Assembly: GCA_963825525.1 (NCBI GenBank)
Contig: CAWGTN010000002.1
Span: forward strand, 512,001-576,000
Origin: an uncultured Chloroflexia bacterium
GTDB lineage: Bacteria; Chloroflexota; Limnocylindria; QHBO01
Reading direction: 5' to 3'
Length of the DNA stretch: 64,000 nt
Position numbers and translations under genes: made by a program. Shown in pieces: positions 58,180 to 64,000 of this stretch. The notes below the pieces were generated by a model. The model saw only the letters and a program-made list of their open reading frames with translations, had not been told where the DNA came from and made no database searches. Within the stretch, counting starts at the first letter, position 1. Each line of letters starts with the position of its first letter.

Positions 58180-61001
58180 CGGCCCGTACTCGTCGGGCCT
58201 CCCGTGCGACCCAGCACCCCCGGGTGTCGGATGGTCCGCCCGGTGCCGAGCCTGCGCCCGAGCTGAAGATCGTCGAGACCCGTGTCTACCGCGGGCCGAA
58301 CTACTGGAATTACGAACCGGCCATCAAGCTGATCGTGGACCTCGGCATCCTCGAGCACTTCCCGTCGAACACGATCCCCGGCTTCGTCGAGGGGCTGCTG
58401 CAGATGCTGCCCGGCGTCGGGCAGCACACCTGCGGGACCGGCAAGCCCGGCGGCTTCGAGGAGCGCCTTCGCGATGGGACCTGGGTCGGGCACGTCGCCG
58501 AGCACATCGCGCTCCAGCTCCAGCGCGAGGCGGGCAACGAGGTCGGGCGTGGAAAGACGCGCGGCACCGGGGAGCCCGGCCGCTATCACGTCGTGTACTC
58601 GTATGGCGAAGAGTCGGTTGGGCGCCGGGCCGGAACGCTGGCGGTCCGCCTCGTCAATCACCTCGTCAAGGCGGAGCCCGACTTCGACTTCCTCGCCGAG
58701 CTGGAGGCCCTCATCCGGCTGTCGGAGCGCGCGGCGTTCGGGCCTTCCACCCAGTCGATCCTGGACGAGGCCGCCCTGCGCGACATTCCCTGGATTCGCC
58801 TCAGCGAGGGATCGCTCGTCCAGCTCGGCCACGGCATCCACCAGCGGCGCATCCGGGCCACGATGACGAGCGCCACGGGATCGCTGGGAGTCGACATCGC
58901 ATCCGACAAGAAGCTGACGAACCGGCTCCTGGCCGCCACCGGGGTCCCGGTGCCCCGATCCGAGGTCGTTCGCGACGAGGACGGCGCCGTCGCCGCCGCG
59001 AACCGCATCGGGATGCCCGTCGCCATCAAGCCGCTGGATGGAAACCACGGACGCGGCGTCATGCTCAAGATCGATGACGAGGAGAGCGTTCGCGCGGGGT
59101 TCCGGGCGGCCAATGCCCAGACCCGCCGGGGCGCGGTCATCGTCGAAACCTACCTGGTCGGCAACGACTACCGCTGCCTGGTGATCGGCGGCGTGCTGCG
59201 TGCCGTTGCGCAGCGCGTGCCGGCACACGTCGAGGGTGACGGCAAGCACTCGCTGACCGAACTCGTCGAGATCACGAACTCCGATCCGCGGCGCGGCATC
59301 GGCCACGAGAAGGTCCTGACCCGGATCACGCTCGATGACGAGGCCGTCAGCTACGCCCGCGAGCAGGGCTTCGAGCTGTCCGACCGGCCCCCGCGCGGCC
59401 ATCGGGTGTACCTGAAGCGAACGGGGAACATGAGCACCGGCGGCATCAGCATCGACCGGACCGAGGAGGCGCATCCCGACAATGTCGAGCTTGCCGAACT
59501 CGCGGCACGGGTGGTCGGCCTCGACATCGCGGGCATCGACTTGATCTGCCCCGACGTCAGCCTGCCGGTGCGCGAAACGGGCGGAGGGATCGTGGAGGTG
59601 AACGCGGCACCGGGGTTCCGCATGCACACCCATCCGACCGAAGGCGAGTCGCAATACGTCGCCAAGCCGGTGATCGACATGCTCTTCCCGCCCGGCGTCG
59701 ACGCGCGCATCCCGATCGTGGCCGTGACCGGATCGAACGGCAAGACGACGACCGCGCGGATGATCTCGCACATCATGAAGGGAATGGGCCACAAGGTCGG
59801 CCTGACCAGCACGGACGGCATCTATGTCGACGGCCGGATCGTCCGCCGGGCCGATGCCTCCGGCCCGAAGTCAGCCTCGATGGTCCTGCAGAACCCGACG
59901 GTCGACCTGGCGGTCTTCGAAGTCGCGCGCGGCGGCATCCTGCGTGAGGGCCTCGGCTACCAGCGCAATGACGTGGCCGTCGTCCTCAACGTCACCGGCG
60001 ACCATCTCGGGCTGGGTGGGATCAACAGCATCAAGCAGCTGGCCGGCGTCAAGCAGGTCGTGGTCGAGGCCGTGCCCCGCGATGGCGTCGCGGTGCTGAA
60101 CGCGGACGACCCGCTGGTGGCCGAGATGGCGCGCGCCTGCTCCGGTTCGGTCATCTACTTCAGCATGGATCCCGATCACGAGCGCCTGAAGTTCCAGGCG
60201 TCCCGCGGCCGACGATCGGTGACGCTCGAGCAGGGCCGAAATGGCGAGATGATCGTCATGCGACAGGGACGCAAGAGCATGTCACTGGTGTGGACCCACC
60301 TCATCCCGGCCACGTTCGAGGGCCGTGCCCGCATGAACGTCCAGAACGCCCTGGCCGCCACGGGGGCCGCGTGGGCCGCCGGGGCGCACCTGCATGACAT
60401 CAGGCAGGGTCTGCGGACCTTCACCACCAGCTACTTCATGGCGCCCGGCCGCCTCAACATGTTCGAGCTCGACGGCTATCGGGTGGTGGTCGACTACGCC
60501 CACAACCCACCGGCCGTCCGGGCCCTGGGCGAGTTCGTCAACATGCTCACGGTCCCGTCGGCGGGTGGAGCGCGGGCGCCCGTCACGGGGCGCCGGATCG
60601 GGGTCATCGCCACCGCCGGTGATCGACGGGACGAGGACATCGTGGAGCTGGGCGCGGCGGCCGCGGCCTACTTCGACGAGATCATCGTTCGCGAGGATGC
60701 CAACAATCGCGGCCGGCCGCGCGGACAGACTGCCGAGCTGATCGTCAAGGGTGTCGAGTCCGCGCAGAACGACGCGTCGCGTGTCGAATCGACGATCACG
60801 ATCCTCGACGAGCTGGAAGCGACCCGGCACGCGCTCGACCATGCCCACGAGGGTGACGTCGTTGTCGTCTGCGTCGACCACGCCAACGAGGTCTGGAAGG
60901 AGCTGCAGCGCCGACAGCATGGGTCGGCGAGCGAGTCCGATGGACTCCAGGCGGTGGTCGGAGTCGTCGACGCGGACGACGAGATCGAGCTGGAGCTCTA
61001 G
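58176..61001 (+). CDS. cphA: Cyanophycin synthetase CphA1
   Basis: RGPNYW, HTC..G..GGF, HVAEHI, GPST..I, QLGHG..Q.RI.AT, KP.DGNHGRG, N.STGG, EVNAAPG.RMH, TGSNGKTT, E.ARGG, PGR.N, DYAHN, GDR. Confidence 0.97.
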   Translation: MTARTRRASRATQHPRVSDGPPGAEPAPELKIVETRVYRGPNYWNYEPAIKLIVDLGILEHFPSNTIPGFVEGLLQMLPGVGQHTCGTGKPGGFEERLRDGTWVGHVAEHIALQLQREAGNEVGRGKTRGTGEPGRYHVVYSYGEESVGRRAGTLAVRLVNHLVKAEPDFDFLAELEALIRLSERAAFGPSTQSILDEAALRDIPWIRLSEGSLVQLGHGIHQRRIRATMTSATGSLGVDIASDKKLTNRLLAATGVPVPRSEVVRDEDGAVAAANRIGMPVAIKPLDGNHGRGVMLKIDDEESVRAGFRAANAQTRRGAVIVETYLVGNDYRCLVIGGVLRAVAQRVPAHVEGDGKHSLTELVEITNSDPRRGIGHEKVLTRITLDDEAVSYAREQGFELSDRPPRGHRVYLKRTGNMSTGGISIDRTEEAHPDNVELAELAARVVGLDIAGIDLICPDVSLPVRETGGGIVEVNAAPGFRMHTHPTEGESQYVAKPVIDMLFPPGVDARIPIVAVTGSNGKTTTARMISHIMKGMGHKVGLTSTDGIYVDGRIVRRADASGPKSASMVLQNPTVDLAVFEVARGGILREGLGYQRNDVAVVLNVTGDHLGLGGINSIKQLAGVKQVVVEAVPRDGVAVLNADDPLVAEMARACSGSVIYFSMDPDHERLKFQASRGRRSVTLEQGRNGEMIVMRQGRKSMSLVWTHLIPATFEGRARMNVQNALAATGAAWAAGAHLHDIRQGLRTFTTSYFMAPGRLNMFELDGYRVVVDYAHNPPAVRALGEFVNMLTVPSAGGARAPVTGRRIGVIATAGDRRDEDIVELGAAAAAYFDEIIVREDANNRGRPRGQTAELIVKGVESAQNDASRVESTITILDELEATRHALDHAHEGDVVVVCVDHANEVWKELQRRQHGSASESDGLQAVVGVVDADDEIELEL

Positions 61002-62614
61002 CCGCCGAGCCCGACCGCCCTGACCAGCGCCGCCACGCGAGCGGCTTCGACCGGTTGGAATCCGTGGGCCTCCAACCAGACGAAGATCTCGTTGCGCTCG
61101 ACATGGGCCATCACCGCACACACGTCTCCCGGCTCAGCCCGGCGCAACTGCGCCTGGACCGCCCTCATCTCGTTGGGATGGGTTCCGATCCGGCCGCGAT
61201 ATCCGCCCCGACGCGCGCCTCGCCGCAGCAGATCGTTCATCTCACTCAGGTCACGGCCCCGAAGGTAGTGCCGCTTCTCGGCGATGACGAGGTCGTCGGC
61301 GGTTCCACCCAGCGAGCCGAGTGCGGTGAGGATCTCGTCGGTCCGATCCCCCGCCGTCCCGAACGCCAGGCGCACCGCGTGCTGCCCCGCGATCCCGCGC
61401 GCGACCTGCAGCAGCCCCTCGAGCCCGGCCTCATTGTGGGCGAAGTCCACGATGACGAAGATCCCGTCCCGCTCGTAGAGGTTGAGCCTGCCCGGATTTG
61501 CGCTCGCATCCTGGGCGAACGTGCGGAGTCCACGGGCGATGCGCGGAGCCGGGATCCCCAGCGCGTCGCTGGCTGCCGCGGCGGCAAGTGCATTCGCGAT
61601 GTTGTAGCGCGACAGGCCGCCCACGGTCACGGGAAGCTCGTCCGCCCGCCCGAGCCGCCGAGCCCGGCGGCCACCGCCCCGAAGCACGATCTCGCCATCC
61701 ACCAGGGTGGCGACCCTCCCGCCGTGCGCCTCGGCACGCCGCAGTCGATCGGACTCCGGGTCGAGGCTGAACGCGTAGACACGGGCCCGCGTACGACGAC
61801 GCATCGCCCAGGCACGGTCGTCATCGGCATTGAGCACCGCCCACCCATCCCTCTTGGTGATGGCGGGGACCACCCCCTTGACCTCGGCAAGCTCGTCGAG
61901 CGTGTCGATGCCCTGCAGGCCCAGGTGGTCGGCGCTCACGTTGGTCACCACGCTCACGTCATTCGCTGCGTAGCCGATCCCGCGAAGAAGGATCCCGCCA
62001 CGTGCCGTCTCGAGCACGGCGAGGTCGAGGCCGGGCTCCGCCAGGACGCGGCCGGCGCCACCGAACCCGGTCCAGTCGCCGGCCTCGACGAGCTCACCGC
62101 GCACGTAGATGCCGTCCGAGTTCGTCATGCCGACCTTCTTGCCGGCGACCGTCGCGATGTGCGCGATGAGGCGCGTGGTCGTGCTCTTGCCGTTGGTGCC
62201 GGTGACGGCGACGATCGGGATGCGCGGTCGCGGCAGATGGCTGAGCGGTCCGTGCGCGGTGGCGCGCAGCGCGGTGAGCTCGCGTCGCTCGGTCGACCGG
62301 CCGAGGGCGAGCCGGCTGGCCGCGGCAGCAATGGCCTGCGAGATCGTACGGCGACGCCAGGAGAAGGCCACCGCGACCCGCAGGCCATCGACCGAGCGCC
62401 GAGCCGTGATGCGCGGCGAACGAAGGCCGAGCGCCGCGTGGAACCGCCGGATCGCGTCGGCCGCCACCTCGGCCGCAGCGTCGGCCTCCCCCACCGCCTG
62501 CCCGGCGAACTCGAGCTTCAGGGCGGGGCGACGGAAGAAGCGGTTCGGCCCATCGAGGACCCGCAGCTCGACCAGCTCGACGGGAGCGTCCGTTTGGTCG
62601 GACCGGGGCGGCAT
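60998..62614 (-). CDS. CphA-related Mur-ligase protein lacking the ATP-grasp domain
   Basis: ELRVLDGPN..RPALKL, then directly RIPIVAVTGTNGKSTT, ETARGG, N.SADHL, LNADD, PGRLN, DFAHN, AGDR. Confidence 0.85.
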   Translation of the reverse strand: MPPRSDQTDAPVELVELRVLDGPNRFFRRPALKLEFAGQAVGEADAAAEVAADAIRRFHAALGLRSPRITARRSVDGLRVAVAFSWRRRTISQAIAAAASRLALGRSTERRELTALRATAHGPLSHLPRPRIPIVAVTGTNGKSTTTRLIAHIATVAGKKVGMTNSDGIYVRGELVEAGDWTGFGGAGRVLAEPGLDLAVLETARGGILLRGIGYAANDVSVVTNVSADHLGLQGIDTLDELAEVKGVVPAITKRDGWAVLNADDDRAWAMRRRTRARVYAFSLDPESDRLRRAEAHGGRVATLVDGEIVLRGGGRRARRLGRADELPVTVGGLSRYNIANALAAAAASDALGIPAPRIARGLRTFAQDASANPGRLNLYERDGIFVIVDFAHNEAGLEGLLQVARGIAGQHAVRLAFGTAGDRTDEILTALGSLGGTADDLVIAEKRHYLRGRDLSEMNDLLRRGARRGGYRGRIGTHPNEMRAVQAQLRRAEPGDVCAVMAHVERNEIFVWLEAHGFQPVEAARVAALVRAVGLGG

Positions 62615-62621
62615 GTGCGTG

Positions 62622-62629
62622 AGTATATT
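62622..62629. promoter_or_regulatory. Overlapping back-to-back -10 elements for two leaderless genes
   Basis: AGTATATT reads TATATT(+) 7 nt before ATG 62637 and TATACT(-) 7 nt before ATG 62614. Confidence 0.7.
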
Positions 62630-62636
62630 GATCGCC

Positions 62637-63803
62637 ATGCCCGATACGGACGCGCTGCGGCGCATCGTCGACGCGCGCCTCCCGCGCCTGCTGAGGGATC
62701 TCGAGCGGCTCGTCAACGTCGATTGCGGCTCGTACAGCCCCGATGGCGTCAACCAGGTCGCCGACTTCATGGCCGATGAGCTGACCAAGCTCGGGGCACA
62801 GGTCTCGCGCACGCCCCATCAGCCGGAACCCGGTCAACCGGCCTTCGGCGATCTCGTCATCGGGCGCATCGCCGGCAGCGGCCCGCGGCTGCTGCTCATC
62901 GGCCACATGGACACGGTCTTCGAGGCCGGGACGGCCTCCGCGCGTCCATATCGAATTGCCGGCGAGCGTGCGACCGGTCCGGGCGTCACCGACATGAAGG
63001 CGGGCCTGCTCGCCGGCCTGCATGCCATCGGCGCGCTACGCGAGGCTGGCGCGGACCCCGCCGTCACCTTCGTCGCCAACCCGGACGAGGAGGTCGGCTC
63101 GCCGTTCAGCACACCGTTCATCCGGGACCTCGCCGGAGAGCATGACGTCGCGTTCGTGCTCGAGTGCGCGCGCGCCAACGGCGACATCGTCAGCGCCCGC
63201 AAGGGAATCGCCGACTACACGATCGAGCTCGTCGGCCGGGCGGCACACGCCGGCATCGAGCCGGAGAAGGGCCGATCGGCGATTCTCGAGTCGGCGCACC
63301 AGGTCCTCGCACTCCACGCGCTCAATGGCCGCTGGCCGACCGTCACCCTCAACGCCGGCGTGATCCGAGGCGGCACCCGGCCCAACGTGGTCGCCGAGCA
63401 CTGCGAGATCCAGGTCGACCTCCGTGCCTCAACCGTCGCCGAATTCGACGAGGCTGCGGCTGAAGTCGAGCGCGTCGTCGGCGCACCGACCGTGAGCGGC
63501 GTGAGCACCTCGATGCGGCGGACGGCCATGCACCCGCCGATGGAGAAGTCGGCCGCGACCGGTCGCCTCGTCGAACTCGCGGTGCAGGTCGCGGGCGAGC
63601 TCGGCTTCGACCTCCACGATGCGGCGACCGGCGGCGCGTCGGACGCCAACACCTGCGCGGCGCTCGGCCTGCCCACGCTCGATGGACTGGGGCCGGTGGG
63701 TGGCGATGACCACTCCCGCGACGAGTGGCTGGACCTCGCCAGCGTCGCGCCGCGGACCACGCTGCTGGCCGCGCTCATCGGCCGAATCGCGGAAGCTCTC
63801 TGA
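62637..63803 (+). CDS. M20 peptidase (glutamate carboxypeptidase/ArgE-like)
   Basis: GHMDTV, GPG..DMKAG, DEE.GS, GRAAHAG..PE.G, GGASDAN, DGLG..G...H...E. Confidence 0.9.
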   Translation: MPDTDALRRIVDARLPRLLRDLERLVNVDCGSYSPDGVNQVADFMADELTKLGAQVSRTPHQPEPGQPAFGDLVIGRIAGSGPRLLLIGHMDTVFEAGTASARPYRIAGERATGPGVTDMKAGLLAGLHAIGALREAGADPAVTFVANPDEEVGSPFSTPFIRDLAGEHDVAFVLECARANGDIVSARKGIADYTIELVGRAAHAGIEPEKGRSAILESAHQVLALHALNGRWPTVTLNAGVIRGGTRPNVVAEHCEIQVDLRASTVAEFDEAAAEVERVVGAPTVSGVSTSMRRTAMHPPMEKSAATGRLVELAVQVAGELGFDLHDAATGGASDANTCAALGLPTLDGLGPVGGDDHSRDEWLDLASVAPRTTLLAALIGRIAEAL

Positions 63804-63872
63804 GCTCCCGCCGCCGCCCGGGCGCGTCGCTCGGCCGGGGCACGCGGCGCTCCTCGGCTAGAATGGGTCGTC

Positions 63873-64000
63873 GTGACCGATGACTATCGCCACCGCACGA
63901 CGCTGCAGGTGCGCTTCCGCGACATCGATGCGTTCGGGCACGTCAACAACGCCGTCTTCTTCAGCTACATCGAGCTCGCGCGGATTCGCTACGTGCTCGA
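63873..64000 (+). CDS. Acyl-CoA thioesterase (4HBT/YbgC family), 3'-truncated
   Basis: VRFRDIDAFGHVNNAVFFSYIELAR; TAGAAT 8 nt upstream. Confidence 0.9.
   Translation, partial: MTDDYRHRTTLQVRFRDIDAFGHVNNAVFFSYIELARIRYVL

Overview
High-GC (roughly 70%) bacterial core-genome segment. Gene content and style (T-box valS, YerC-type HisR, DUF4446, UvrD-PD(D/E)XK, CpaE-like receiver-ATPases, pervasive leaderless promoters) suggest Chloroflexota or similar Terrabacteria; this is inference. About 55 CDS, two tRNAs (Leu-TAG, Lys-CTT), a Val T-box, tig-clpP-(MGMT)-clpX, an fhaA-fhaB-rodA-pbpA cluster, moxR-DUF58-transglutaminase, a his operon with a HisD-HisC fusion under an autoregulatory HisR operator, and a cyanophycin locus. 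No CRISPR, rRNA, transposase or integrase was seen. Most notable: (1) the cyanophycin locus has cphB-cphA1, a convergent CphA paralogue with an intact Mur-ligase domain but no ATP-grasp domain, and a divergent M20 peptidase whose -10 overlaps the paralogue's; (2) a stand-alone SelB-type winged-helix protein; (3) the HisD-HisC fusion; (4) a ~175-nt imperfect palindrome resembling 6S RNA; (5) three CTG-start/CTGA-overlap junctions in one operon; (6) a DUF4242-class III cyclase fusion. Five or six genes carry +1 frameshifts that are probably sequencing or assembly errors. Products were called by motif recognition only, with no database searches.
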